Counted from the stretch's first letter, positions 10,722 through 21,065 are shown. The stretch: DNA of 64,000 bases from Candidatus Thorarchaeota archaeon SMTZ1-45 (GCA_001563335.1 LRSL01000117.1:1-64000); one strand, 5' to 3'. Numbers and translations are program-made. The notes: generated by a model not told the origin, from the sequence alone.

Positions 10722-11387
10722 TTACGAGGTCTTTACGAGTCCCTCTTGGTCGAATAAATGCCTAATCGATGCCATCCGCGATTGTAAACGGTCTTCGATA
10801 ATTAGTAGGAATTCAAGAAGCTCGTGGTGCAAATTGTCGCCTAATTTTCTACTATAATCAAAGTTCAGCTTTGCATAATCAAACTTGCGTTTTTCCATAT
10901 ATTTTGTCAGAATATTCTCCATGCTTCCTGTTTTCCCAACAAACCCTCTTAGAAGTCCCATTAAACCGAGTCGATCCAGTGTATCCGCATCGTATACAAT
11001 TCTCTCTTCTGTTGTAACTGGAGGAATCTTTGATGTTGGGGTATGTCTTATTACCACTCGAGCTACTGCATCACGAATTTTTGGGTTAACCTGAAGCCCA
11101 TCAAGATATTCTTCAGCTAAGGTGCCGCCAAGAAGACCATGTATATGATCAAAAGCACGATTTGTCTTTCCAATATCATGCAGTAAGGCTCCAGCGAAGC
11201 AGATGAAGGGATCTACTTTCTCCTCTATGTTTTTAGCTATCTCAATGGTATAACGACAGACTGTAAAAACGTGGGAGTAGTCATGACTGTCACTTACTGC
11301 ATGTGCTTCCCTGACGAATTCCTGCATTTGGAGTAACATCTGGAGCTCTTTATCTGTTAACAACCGTGCGAAGACCATTTTACTCAA
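10722..11387 (-). CDS. HD-domain metal-dependent phosphohydrolase
   Basis: HDYSH...LLHDIGK...HG...RH...YDADTLD. Confidence 0.9.
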   Translation of the reverse strand: MSKMVFARLLTDKELQMLLQMQEFVREAHAVSDSHDYSHVFTVCRYTIEIAKNIEEKVDPFICFAGALLHDIGKTNRAFDHIHGLLGGTLAEEYLDGLQVNPKIRDAVARVVIRHTPTSKIPPVTTEERIVYDADTLDRLGLMGLLRGFVGKTGSMENILTKYMEKRKFDYAKLNFDYSRKLGDNLHHELLEFLLIIEDRLQSRMASIRHLFDQEGLVKTS

Positions 11388-11461
11388 AACAATACTGGTA
11401 ATAAATGAGTTAAAGGCATCGCATACTAATGGAGGACTGTTAAGACAATCTGTCAGAACTA

Positions 11462-12331
11462 TTAACTATGTTTGATGAATGTACCTTCACGATATTCTCG
11501 AAAAGCTAAGTCAAGTTCTTCTCTATTGTTCATAACAATTGGTCCGTACCAAGCGATAGGTTCTCCAATTGGCATCCCTGAAACTAACAAGAATCGAAGC
11601 CGCTTATCTTTTGCTTTGGCAACTACTCGTTCTCCATCCTCGAACAGTACCAGATGCTCAGATTTGATGAGTCTGTCCATATTCTCATCAAAGTATCCCT
11701 CACCCTCGAATACATACACAAACACTGTGTGTCCTTTCTTCACAGAATGAGTAAATTCTTTGCTAGGAGGGACAATCACATCCATGTATTCTGGATCCGT
11801 TACAATCTCACTTACTGGTCCGCATGTGCCATCCAATTTTCCACAGATGATTCTCACACTCGAACCATCTTCTCTGACAATCTCGGGTATTTCTGATGAT
11901 TTAATGTCCTGATATCTTGGATGCATCATCTTGCTTGAGCTGGGAAGATTTGCCCATAGCTGAAAGCCCATCATAATATCATCAGAACGATGTGGCATCT
12001 CTTGGTGGATTATTCCACTTCCAGCAGTCATCCATTGTAAGTCGCCAGATTCGATAGATCCACTATTTCCTAGGCTATCCTCATGCTTCACCTGACCTTC
12101 AATCATATAGGTGATTGTTTCAATCCCTCGATGAGGGTGCCATGGAAACCCCTTCATATAGTCGTCGGGATTTTCTGAACCAAAATGGTCTAGCAGCAGA
12201 AAAGGATCCATTAGCTCTTTTTCATGGTAGCCGAATACACGCTTAAGTCGAACCCCAGCACCTTCGATGGTTGGCTTTGCTTTCATAATTGTCTTAATTC
12301 TACGAGTCTTAACCACTACTATATTCTCCAT
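11462..12331 (-). CDS. Pirin family protein
   Basis: EGAGV, DPFLLLDHF, FPWHPHRGIETITY, WMTAGSGIIHQEMP, GPIVMN motifs. Confidence 0.95.
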   Translation of the reverse strand: MENIVVVKTRRIKTIMKAKPTIEGAGVRLKRVFGYHEKELMDPFLLLDHFGSENPDDYMKGFPWHPHRGIETITYMIEGQVKHEDSLGNSGSIESGDLQWMTAGSGIIHQEMPHRSDDIMMGFQLWANLPSSSKMMHPRYQDIKSSEIPEIVREDGSSVRIICGKLDGTCGPVSEIVTDPEYMDVIVPPSKEFTHSVKKGHTVFVYVFEGEGYFDENMDRLIKSEHLVLFEDGERVVAKAKDKRLRFLLVSGMPIGEPIAWYGPIVMNNREELDLAFREYREGTFIKHS

Positions 12332-12408
12332 CGAGAATTCATTTTGAATATCAAGGACTTCACAATTGTGAATTTAAGTATTTTATAAGTGGCAACACAT
12401 GAATACCA

Positions 12409-12633
12409 TCACTTGATGATCTTTCTTATCTCATTTTGATGTGTGAATATTATCATTGTGTAACCACAATCAAGGCAGACAAAAGCAACCTGCTTGATAT
12501 GGGTCTTCCAATCGACCTGTAAGTTCGCGTCGAACAATATGTACGGACCATTCAGGTTCCTACCTCCACAGTTTAGACAAATTTTTGGACCCGCTATTGT
12601 TATATCTTCTTCCATGTCAGATTTTTGCTCCAT
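12409..12633 (-). CDS. Small zinc-ribbon protein
   Basis: CLNCGG...CLDCGY pair. GAGGTG RBS before ATG 12633. Confidence 0.7.
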   Translation of the reverse strand: MEQKSDMEEDITIAGPKICLNCGGRNLNGPYILFDANLQVDWKTHIKQVAFVCLDCGYTMIIFTHQNEIRKIIK

Positions 12634-12643
12634 TTTATCCACC

Positions 12644-13384
12644 TCACGTGTTACCTCCAAAGAAAGATGAGAGGTGAATTGACAATTGACCAAGAAGGTA
12701 GGTAACACCAACAGCTTCCATATCGCTGAGAAAACCTGGATGTGTCAATCTATAACCTATGATGTAGTCAGATATGAAGAATAAGATAAATCCCAGAAAT
12801 AGACAGATACTAAATAATTGAGGAAATTCATCAAATCTCTTTGAAAGACTGAATGCTACGACTGAGATGAGTAGAAGTCCATAGCCAAATATCCCAGCAC
12901 TAATCACCATATCTGTTGGATCATAAATCGTGAAGACAAACAAGATAATTACAACAACAATGCAGAGGACCCAAATACCTAGGTTTCTTGTTATTAACCT
13001 AGGTTTTTCATTACGAAGAATCAAAGGTGAACGGTCTTTGAGAGCCAACAAATAGAATACATGTCCTAGTGTAAACATCAAGATTCCGTTGATAAGACTC
13101 TCTTCTGGAATTATGTAGAATACTTCGGCCATGAGAAGGTCTCCAATGAAACAGATAAACATTGCAATGAACATGAAAAGGACAAATCGTGACCAATTTG
13201 CATCCCCTCTTTTGTCCACGAAATTAACCAAAGCTATGACAACAATCATTGCTGAGCCTGAAAGAAAGATCCAATTTGGCTTGGGTTCACCAACAATAAC
13301 AACGAGAAGAAGAGTTGTGATCAGAACTGCAATTACAATCAATACCCGTAGTATACCAATTGGTGTTTTCAACGAACTTTCCAT
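12644..13384 (-). CDS. YhhN/TMEM86 (lysoplasmalogenase-like) membrane protein
   Basis: About 8 TM helices with GDLLM, FTLGHVFY, LFFISD and TYLLGQ motifs. GAGGTGA RBS. Confidence 0.8.
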   Translation of the reverse strand: MESSLKTPIGILRVLIVIAVLITTLLLVVIVGEPKPNWIFLSGSAMIVVIALVNFVDKRGDANWSRFVLFMFIAMFICFIGDLLMAEVFYIIPEESLINGILMFTLGHVFYLLALKDRSPLILRNEKPRLITRNLGIWVLCIVVVIILFVFTIYDPTDMVISAGIFGYGLLLISVVAFSLSKRFDEFPQLFSICLFLGFILFFISDYIIGYRLTHPGFLSDMEAVGVTYLLGQLSIHLSSFFGGNT

Positions 13385-13503
13385 CCAAAACTCACCTCGA
13401 TGAGATGTCCATAGATTGAATATCATTCAAATGTTAAGGATTCCGGAATGATTTGTTAGGTTAGAAATCATGTTTATCAGGAACGCCAAACAGACAATAC
13501 ATC

Positions 13504-14073
13504 ATGTATTCCGGAAAACTTGTTCGTCTTCGAGCTCTTGAAACATCCGATCTAGAAAATATCACGAAGTTTTACAATACACTTGAGCTTAGACGATTTT
13601 TGGGTCCCCCCTTAGTGAGGTCCAGAGAATATATGGAAGAATGGATTGAGCAAGTTGCCAAATGGGACCCTTGGAAAGATGGACACCTACTGATGGCTAT
13701 AGAGGAGAGAAGGATTGGTGAGTTCTTAGGAATCGCTCGTTTTGAAGATGTCCGACTACCACATAATCGTGCAGAAATTGGTATATCAATATATGACCCT
13801 AGTAAGCGAGGAAAAGGGTATGGAACTGACGCGACACTTGTTACGCTATGGATTGGATTCAATATACTTGGATTAAACAGCATCTATCTCGATACAATGG
13901 AAGATAATGAACGGTCAATCCATGTGTATGAAAAGATTGGTTTCAAGAAGGTTGGCATTTTAAGAGAAACTGAATACATAGATGGGTCTTACAAGGGACT
14001 TCTAATCATGGACATCCTTAGAAAAGAGTTTCAGGAGAAATATCCTTTGAATTCCATTTTGGATTTCCATTAG
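13504..14073 (+). CDS. RimJ/RimL-type GNAT acetyltransferase
   Basis: VRLRALE, RAEIGISI, RGKGYGT, N..SIHVYEKIGF motifs. Confidence 0.9.
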   Translation: MYSGKLVRLRALETSDLENITKFYNTLELRRFLGPPLVRSREYMEEWIEQVAKWDPWKDGHLLMAIEERRIGEFLGIARFEDVRLPHNRAEIGISIYDPSKRGKGYGTDATLVTLWIGFNILGLNSIYLDTMEDNERSIHVYEKIGFKKVGILRETEYIDGSYKGLLIMDILRKEFQEKYPLNSILDFH

Positions 14074-14180
14074 TTATTCTCCGGTACATTCAAATCATTT
14101 CGACTCGAATGAGAATCTGCGTAAGGAGGTAGTTAGCCATTATTCCACCTAGCAACCCATCTTCTGATTTTGATGTACAA

Positions 14181-15746
14181 ATGTATCTAGATATTCTTAG
14201 AGAAGACCCTCCTTTAAGGAGATATGTGTCAAGAGGAGATACGCCAGATGATGTTGATATCCCTGGTCCTCATCAAGAGGCTGATCGTGCTATCTTTCGT
14301 GTGGCAAGATTCACGATGAAAGATCGCACACCCCGATTTCAACCGATACTTGGTGCAGCTGGAATGGGGAAGACACATCTCTATTGGGTTATAAAAGAAC
14401 AAGAAGGTCTTTTCGCAGCAGGTAAATTTCTTGCTGTATATGTTCCATCACCACCGTTTCCAGTTCGAATACCACTCCATTTTCATGCCTGTATTGTCGA
14501 CGAAGGCGGAGATGAGCTGTTCGAAGACACTGTTGATATGCTATTAACAAAGTTTGGAGGCGTGAAAGGAGTAACACATGAGGTTTACGATTACAACTAT
14601 GCAATGGAACGGCTTCTTGTAGACTATCCAGGAATCTCAGCGGATGCTGCCAAGGCTCTCCTTAGATACAGACTAGATCCAGCAACTAGAGACCTTTCAC
14701 GTAGGTGGCTGCTTGGCGATACTTTGAGTGAAACTGAGCTAGAGCGACTAGGAGTTCGTACATTCCTTGAAGAAGATGATGTTACATTTGCCATGCTTAA
14801 GATTTTGACTGAGGGTTCATCGAGACCTATCGTTTTGTTTGTTGATGAGATGGAAGGACCATTCAATGCTTATGGCGAGGAGGCCGAACGTCACTTCTTA
14901 GAAATCCTAAAACGCCTCTACAATGAAACAAAAAATGTCATTATTGTCGCATCTTGTTTAACGGAGATTTGGGACCGAATATACGCTCTAGCTGATGGTC
15001 CAACAAAATCAAGGATGGAAGCCCCCATTCACCTAAAACCATTCACAAAGGAAGATGTATCTGCCTTTGTTTCTGAAACCATGGCCAAGTATTGGGAACT
15101 TCAGAACATCGAGCCCCCTCCTGATCCGTTATTTCCATTTATAGAAAGAGATATTGAAGCCGCATTTTCTAAAAGTGAGGGGAATCCTCGAGAGGCAATT
15201 CGTTTTCTAATTCCTAGATTGGATGAGATTGTGTTTGAAAAGAAAGAAGCAGAGATTGTGCCGCAAGAAGACTATGTTATCAAGCTAACAGCATCAGTCG
15301 TTCTTAATTCAATTGTACAAGCAATAACCCTTGCGGCAAATCCTCTTGGAATCGAAGTTGAACTTAAGGTTTCGGGAGCTGGAACACAAAAACAAGAAGC
15401 AACAATCCTTAACCTGACGAAGGAGGGTATAACTCAATCTATTGGTATTGATTTGCCCAATGTAAAAGAGTGGGATCGAAGTGGAGGCGTCGCTGCTTAC
15501 TATTCTGCAAATCGTCTTAAGACTGTCTTGGACACAAATACTGCCAAAGCTGCTGTGATTGCAGTTCCAACATCCACAAAAGGTACTAAGTTTGAAGCCA
15601 TAATTGAGGAGCTTGGAAGTGCACTGCTAACACTTCGGTTTGATGAGGACACCGCAACTTCATTTGTGCGTGAAACTAGTGAAGGTACTCTTCCACACGG
15701 ATACGCAGAGTCCTTCACTGGACTTGTCGACGGATTGTTTAGCTAG
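14181..15746 (+). CDS. AAA+-type P-loop ATPase with uncharacterised C-terminal alpha/beta domain
   Basis: Walker A GAAGMGKT, Walker B LFVDEME, Arg finger KSRM, sensor-2 GNPRE. Possible ATT start at 14139. Confidence 0.8.
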   Translation: MYLDILREDPPLRRYVSRGDTPDDVDIPGPHQEADRAIFRVARFTMKDRTPRFQPILGAAGMGKTHLYWVIKEQEGLFAAGKFLAVYVPSPPFPVRIPLHFHACIVDEGGDELFEDTVDMLLTKFGGVKGVTHEVYDYNYAMERLLVDYPGISADAAKALLRYRLDPATRDLSRRWLLGDTLSETELERLGVRTFLEEDDVTFAMLKILTEGSSRPIVLFVDEMEGPFNAYGEEAERHFLEILKRLYNETKNVIIVASCLTEIWDRIYALADGPTKSRMEAPIHLKPFTKEDVSAFVSETMAKYWELQNIEPPPDPLFPFIERDIEAAFSKSEGNPREAIRFLIPRLDEIVFEKKEAEIVPQEDYVIKLTASVVLNSIVQAITLAANPLGIEVELKVSGAGTQKQEATILNLTKEGITQSIGIDLPNVKEWDRSGGVAAYYSANRLKTVLDTNTAKAAVIAVPTSTKGTKFEAIIEELGSALLTLRFDEDTATSFVRETSEGTLPHGYAESFTGLVDGLFS

Positions 15747-16852
15747 TGGTATCTTCTTCGATAATACCAGATTGAAAACATCAAAATTGAAACAGATGTC
15801 CCTCCCACACCCAGGATCCAATAGAAGGTTTCTCGTCTGATTTGCTCATATTCCAGACATGGGTCTGTAAATGAGAATCTCACAGATATTATACCATCAG
15901 GATTTTCCGCAAAAAGGTCTGTTTCAAAATTAATTTCTTCATCTCCAAAGGTATCAAAAATAACATAGAGATCTGGTCTATAGTATCCTAAATCAATCCA
16001 GAAATTATACCTATGCTCACTCTCACAAGTGAAATATCCTCCACAGGAATAATTTGAGATGGTCCAAAGATAGAGTACTTCTTTGTCCTCTACTCCATAA
16101 TCCTCAAAGTCAATGATGAAGCCTGTGATTGATGGATACAGTTCTAAATATGGAATACCTAGTAAGGCAACAAACAATTCGCATGTATTGCCTTTGTTAT
16201 AAATCATGAAATAGAATTCATCGGTCATACTATATGGTAAGAACTCCACCACAACTCTTGTGTCACCACTGCTCTCTAGCCTATATAGGTAAGGACTCGT
16301 ACTCTCAAAGTACGTAATAGAAACTGTGTTGTCTTTTGGGTCATCCACATCCTCCAGGTTGAAGAGATTCGTATATTGGAAATCAATTTCATCTATGGAA
16401 GAGAAGGTGATATTGTATACTGCATTATCTACAGGATCAAGATTCCTTACTGCTGTAACGTACTTGGTCTGACCAGTACCTTCAAAGACACACCTGCAGG
16501 TGTAGTTGTTTTCTGTTCCACAAGTAGTGATGTATTCATAGTTATAGGAGAAATCAGTGTAGTTGTAGATGCTGATTGTGAGTTCTGGCCAACCAGTAGA
16601 GCCTTCAAATTCTAGAGCTGTAATGTTAATTTCAAGCTGAAGACTATTCATTCCTCGTATCCAAATAACGAAGAATTGTGTTGTGCCTCCGGCAATACCT
16701 TCCATGTCGTAATCAACTATAGTGATGCTTGTAGCTTGCACTTCTTGAAAATTGAGTAAGCTAAATGGATTAAAAACTAGGAAAAGGGCTAGAAAGATTG
16801 CTACGACTCGTTTTGTCTCAATCATCATAGTCATCAAGACATTACAAACCAC
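15743..16852 (-). CDS. Secreted, C-terminally anchored surface protein
   Basis: Signal peptide (KRVVAIFLALFLVF), acidic aromatic-rich ectodomain, C-terminal TM followed by RRRYH. Confidence 0.75.
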   Translation of the reverse strand: MVCNVLMTMMIETKRVVAIFLALFLVFNPFSLLNFQEVQATSITIVDYDMEGIAGGTTQFFVIWIRGMNSLQLEINITALEFEGSTGWPELTISIYNYTDFSYNYEYITTCGTENNYTCRCVFEGTGQTKYVTAVRNLDPVDNAVYNITFSSIDEIDFQYTNLFNLEDVDDPKDNTVSITYFESTSPYLYRLESSGDTRVVVEFLPYSMTDEFYFMIYNKGNTCELFVALLGIPYLELYPSITGFIIDFEDYGVEDKEVLYLWTISNYSCGGYFTCESEHRYNFWIDLGYYRPDLYVIFDTFGDEEINFETDLFAENPDGIISVRFSFTDPCLEYEQIRRETFYWILGVGGTSVSILMFSIWYYRRRYH

Positions 16853-16888
16853 AATTTAGACATTGAGTGAGTTGCTTTACAGTACTGG

Positions 16889-17437
16889 CTAAGTCCCAGG
16901 CTCAATATCTTGATCATCCCTTTTTGCCCAGACTTCAGGTATAATCAAGATTAATACTAGGAGAATGAGGACAACAGGCAATACTCCAGGAGTTTGTAAG
17001 AAGAGAGTGATGTTTCCAATCCAGGGAATCGCAAAGACTACAACTCCAACTATGTCATCATATGTCCGATAGTATGGGTCTTGGCGATCGTTGTTATCTC
17101 CCTGCGTATAGTATCTGTATTCTCCATCAACATTTTCAATTTGGATGACTCTGTGCACAACAGGCGCTTCAGTATGCCAATCAGCATTATAGACAATGAT
17201 GTCCCCTACATAGATTTCGTTTGGTGCTCGTGATTGCAGGACAAGAAGATGTCCTCGCTCCAAGTTAGGATACATCGAATCACTTGTTACAACCACAAGT
17301 GGCGTTGGATTTCCCATTGCAACCATGAATATCCCGTAGCCACCAAGAGTAATCCCCACAACTAATAAAATAAAGAAACCAGTCTTCCCATATTCTGGCC
17401 ACTTGTCCCACTTGAGTTTCTGACGAATTCTCTCCAA
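16889..17437 (-). CDS. Signal peptidase I, archaeal Sec11/SPC21 type
   Basis: VVTSDSMYP (catalytic Ser), VGDIIVY, VVHRV (catalytic His), TQGDNN..D motifs. Confidence 0.92.
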   Translation of the reverse strand: MERIRQKLKWDKWPEYGKTGFFILLVVGITLGGYGIFMVAMGNPTPLVVVTSDSMYPNLERGHLLVLQSRAPNEIYVGDIIVYNADWHTEAPVVHRVIQIENVDGEYRYYTQGDNNDRQDPYYRTYDDIVGVVVFAIPWIGNITLFLQTPGVLPVVLILLVLILIIPEVWAKRDDQDIEPGT

Positions 17438-17494
17438 TATTCTTTCGCCTTCTAAGTTTTGGATTATGGAGATTTAATAAAATTGACGAACTAA

Positions 17495-17965
17495 TCATGA
17501 CCATTTCTTTGTAGCGGAGCCAATTAAACCGAGAACATCTACCGCCTCGCCCTTGAGATCTGGTTTCCATTTTCGTACTTCTTTTACATGATCTGCCCCA
17601 GCTGCTGAGATCAGAAAACGCTCAAGGATTCTGAGATTTTGCTCATCCATCTCCGCTGCCTTCATTGCATCTCTTCCCGAAGGATAGCCACTTTTTGGTG
17701 TTTCAGAGGTAGCATTCAGATACCAAAAGTTTCTGATGATTTTGATTGCAATAATCCTTGCTGGGCATGGTTGTATCTTTTCTTCAAATAAGACTGTATC
17801 ACCAGTTCGGATTTCGCTATCTGCAGGACGCAATTCTCCATCCATATCATAGATCTTTTCGTTGAACTCGAATAATACCTTCTTAGCTGCTTTTCTAAGA
17901 ATATCGAGAGAAGTATCTACGATTATTCCCTCTTCAGTTTCCATGGTGTCACAATGTTCGTCCAT
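17495..17965 (-). CDS. Hypothetical protein
   Basis: 156-aa soluble ORF filling the intergenic space. No recognised motif. Confidence 0.65.
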   Translation of the reverse strand: MDEHCDTMETEEGIIVDTSLDILRKAAKKVLFEFNEKIYDMDGELRPADSEIRTGDTVLFEEKIQPCPARIIAIKIIRNFWYLNATSETPKSGYPSGRDAMKAAEMDEQNLRILERFLISAAGADHVKEVRKWKPDLKGEAVDVLGLIGSATKKWS

Positions 17966-18077
17966 ATCAGTATCATTATGGATTTACATCTGTTTAATCT
18001 TTGCCTATTGAGTAAGGAATCGTCTTCACCTTACTTCTTAAAAGCCAGTTATCCAAGATTGAGGAAGTGAGCTCGTC

Positions 18078-19463
18078 ATGAGGATACATACTGTAAAATC
18101 AGCGGGGCTTGCCGCTCTCTCTTATTTCATAAGCTCTGGAAACGAAGCAATAGTCATCGACCCACGTAGGGATGCAAACATCTACAAACACCTCGCTGAT
18201 GAAGATGAATCAGAGATCGTATATATCTTTGAAACTCACAGAAATGAGGACTATGTAACAGGTTCTCTAGAATTAAAGAATATAGTTCCTGAAGCTCGAA
18301 TAGGACACTCAAATCAAACAAACTTCAAGTATGGCGATGACAATGTTGCAGACGATGAATCTTTCACCATTGGAAATATGAAGGTCACATGTGTACAAAC
18401 ACCCGGGCACACAGATGACAGTATCTGCTATATCGTTGCAGACCTTTCAGTCGGTTCTGATCCTATTGTAGCATTCACTGGTGACACCTTGTTTGTGAAT
18501 GAAGTTGGACGAACAGATTTAGTTGATATCAAGAAACATGAATTAATGTCAAGAAAATTATACAACAGCCTTCATGAGAAACTTCTACCAATTGGAGATG
18601 GTGTTATTATCCACCCTGGACATGGAGCTGGATCTGTGTGCGGTGGGGATATTAGTAACCGAGAGTTCTCAACAATTGGTTTTGAGAGAGCAAACAACAT
18701 CTGGTTGAGAATGGCTGAAGACGAATTTGTGGAGTCCAAACTTCGCCAACAGCTCACCCTAGCTTCATATTTCAAACACTGTGAACATTTGAATACAATT
18801 GGTCCACCAATTTTGGCGGATCTCCCCGAGCCCAATGAGCTTGACGTTGAAAAATTCAGCAATCTATTGAAAGATGATAACCACCGAGCTATTGATACAC
18901 GCTCTTCAGCCGAGTTCCTTGAAAGTCATATACCTGGCTCGATAAGCTTGAGTATCACAAACATGGGACGATTAGCAGGACTGTCTTTACGTCCTGAACA
19001 CACATTCTCTATCATCTTGAGAAATGACTATGAAGATCTTTCTCTAGCATCAACAATGCTTCATCGTATTGGTTTTGATAAAATAGTTGGATATCTAAAA
19101 AGTGGACTTGAGCAATGGGTTGCTAGTGGTCGTCAAACAGACTCCATTGAGGAATTGTCTCTAGATGAGTTTGGAGCTAGACAGACAAGACGTGAGGTGA
19201 AGGTGATTGATGTTAGAGAACCTCATGAGTTTGATATAGAACATATCGAGGATTCTCTCTCTTTCCCTCTCACAAAGCTGGAAGAGGCTGTTAAGAATCC
19301 TGCATTCAAGGGTCCGATAACAACTATTTGTCCTAGTGGTTTCAGGAGTACGACAGCAGCTAGTATTCTAAAGCGTCAAGGTGTTAAAGAAATTACAGTT
19401 AGCTTGGATGGGTTAAAGGCTTGGAAAGCTTTTGACTTTCCTCTAGAAGATAGACGAGACTGA
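18078..19463 (+). CDS. MBL-fold hydrolase fused to two rhodanese domains
   Basis: ETHRNEDY, TPGHT, FTGDTLF, PGHGAGSVCG, then DTRS..EF..SHIPGS and DVREPHEF...CPSGFRS. Confidence 0.9.
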   Translation: MRIHTVKSAGLAALSYFISSGNEAIVIDPRRDANIYKHLADEDESEIVYIFETHRNEDYVTGSLELKNIVPEARIGHSNQTNFKYGDDNVADDESFTIGNMKVTCVQTPGHTDDSICYIVADLSVGSDPIVAFTGDTLFVNEVGRTDLVDIKKHELMSRKLYNSLHEKLLPIGDGVIIHPGHGAGSVCGGDISNREFSTIGFERANNIWLRMAEDEFVESKLRQQLTLASYFKHCEHLNTIGPPILADLPEPNELDVEKFSNLLKDDNHRAIDTRSSAEFLESHIPGSISLSITNMGRLAGLSLRPEHTFSIILRNDYEDLSLASTMLHRIGFDKIVGYLKSGLEQWVASGRQTDSIEELSLDEFGARQTRREVKVIDVREPHEFDIEHIEDSLSFPLTKLEEAVKNPAFKGPITTICPSGFRSTTAASILKRQGVKEITVSLDGLKAWKAFDFPLEDRRD

Positions 19464-21065
19464 ATGGAGCGGATAAATCTGTACTGGGAAAGACCAACTT
19501 GCCGTTCTGATGTAATCGCTCGGGACGGAGTTGTTGCTTCTTCACAACCTCTTGCAACACAAGCAGGATTGGAAATAATACGAAAGGGTGGCAATGCAGT
19601 GGATGCTGCAGTAGCTGTAGCAGCTGTGCTTGATGTTGTTGAACCCTTCAGTACAGGTTGTGGTGGCGATGCTTTCGTGCTTATTCATTTGTCTGGTAGC
19701 TCTCGACCTTTGAGCTATAATGGGTCTGGTCGTTCTGGATCTCTTGTTTCTCTCCAAGAACTCCTTGACCTGGGTTGGACAAGCATTCCTGCTCGTGGTG
19801 GACCGCCTGTGACTGTTCCAGGAGCACTACATCTGTGGTGTTACGTTGTAGAGAAACATGGTGCGCTTGAGATGAAGGATATTCTTGCTCCAGCTATACA
19901 CTATGCTCGGAATGGATTCCCAGTTTCACCAATCATTGCTCAGGATTGGAGAGGAATCATTAGGGTGTTGAAGAATGATTCAGCTCGTGAGATTTATGCA
20001 CCCAATGGAAAGGTTCCAATCAAGGGTCAAGTTATGAATAACCCGGACTTAGCGAATACATTCGAGAGAATCATAGAGGATGGTCCTTCAGCCTTCTATT
20101 CAGGGAAAATTGCCGAGTCAATTGTCAATACTGTCCAAAAACATGGTGGGTTCCTGACAATGGAGGATTTGGCTGCACACAAAACAACGCTGACAAAACC
20201 AATCTCAGTTTCTTATCGCGGTATTGATGTGTTCGAACATCCTCCTAATAGTCAGGGGTTTGCTGCACTCTCCATGTTGAATATAATGGAAACCTTTGAC
20301 TTTTCTGAATTCACTCCCCTCAGTACTGAGAGATACCATCTAATGATTGAAGCAAAGAAACTAGCTTACGCAGATTTGCATCAACATAATGCTGACCCAA
20401 CGTTCTATGATATTCCCTTGAAAAAGCTTCTTTCCAAATCATATGCAAGGAACAGGGCAAAAATGATTGATGCAAATCACGCTATGACTGTCTATGCTCC
20501 AGGTCTTCTACTGGGTCAGGACACTGCATATTTTGCTACAGCTGACCGAGCGGGAAATGCAGTTTCTTTCATTAACAGTCTATACATGGGCATAGGAAGC
20601 GGCCTTGTTGCTCCTGGGACTGGGATTAAACTTCAAAACAGAGGACATCTTTTCTCCCTAGATTCAGAGCATCCAAACTGTTATGCACCAAAGAAATTAC
20701 CTTTCCATACAATCATCCCAAGTGCGTTATACAAGGATGGGAAGTTGATGGGCGTGTATGGGATCATGGGTGGTGCACACCAAGCTCAAGCCCATGGTCA
20801 GTTTGTGAGTAATGTGGTTGACTATGGGATGAGTCCACAGGACGCCCTTGACTATCCAAGATTCGACCATGACCACTCAACTAATAAAGTGGGGCTAGAG
20901 AATGGAATTTCTCCTCAGATACAGGGTGAACTCAGGAAACGTGGTCACATTCTTATTCATGAAACTTCCTCCTATTTTGGTGGTGGTCAGGCTATCTTCA
21001 GACTTGATGAAGCTTGGATTGCTGGATCAGATTTTAGAAAGGATGGACAGGCTGCTGGTTTTTAA
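19464..21065 (+). CDS. ggt: Gamma-glutamyltransferase
   Basis: GGNAVDAAVA, GGDAF, VTVPGA, PPNSQG, DTAYF (Thr nucleophile), PFHTIIP, GIMGG, SDFRKDG. Confidence 0.95.
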   Translation: MERINLYWERPTCRSDVIARDGVVASSQPLATQAGLEIIRKGGNAVDAAVAVAAVLDVVEPFSTGCGGDAFVLIHLSGSSRPLSYNGSGRSGSLVSLQELLDLGWTSIPARGGPPVTVPGALHLWCYVVEKHGALEMKDILAPAIHYARNGFPVSPIIAQDWRGIIRVLKNDSAREIYAPNGKVPIKGQVMNNPDLANTFERIIEDGPSAFYSGKIAESIVNTVQKHGGFLTMEDLAAHKTTLTKPISVSYRGIDVFEHPPNSQGFAALSMLNIMETFDFSEFTPLSTERYHLMIEAKKLAYADLHQHNADPTFYDIPLKKLLSKSYARNRAKMIDANHAMTVYAPGLLLGQDTAYFATADRAGNAVSFINSLYMGIGSGLVAPGTGIKLQNRGHLFSLDSEHPNCYAPKKLPFHTIIPSALYKDGKLMGVYGIMGGAHQAQAHGQFVSNVVDYGMSPQDALDYPRFDHDHSTNKVGLENGISPQIQGELRKRGHILIHETSSYFGGGQAIFRLDEAWIAGSDFRKDGQAAGF

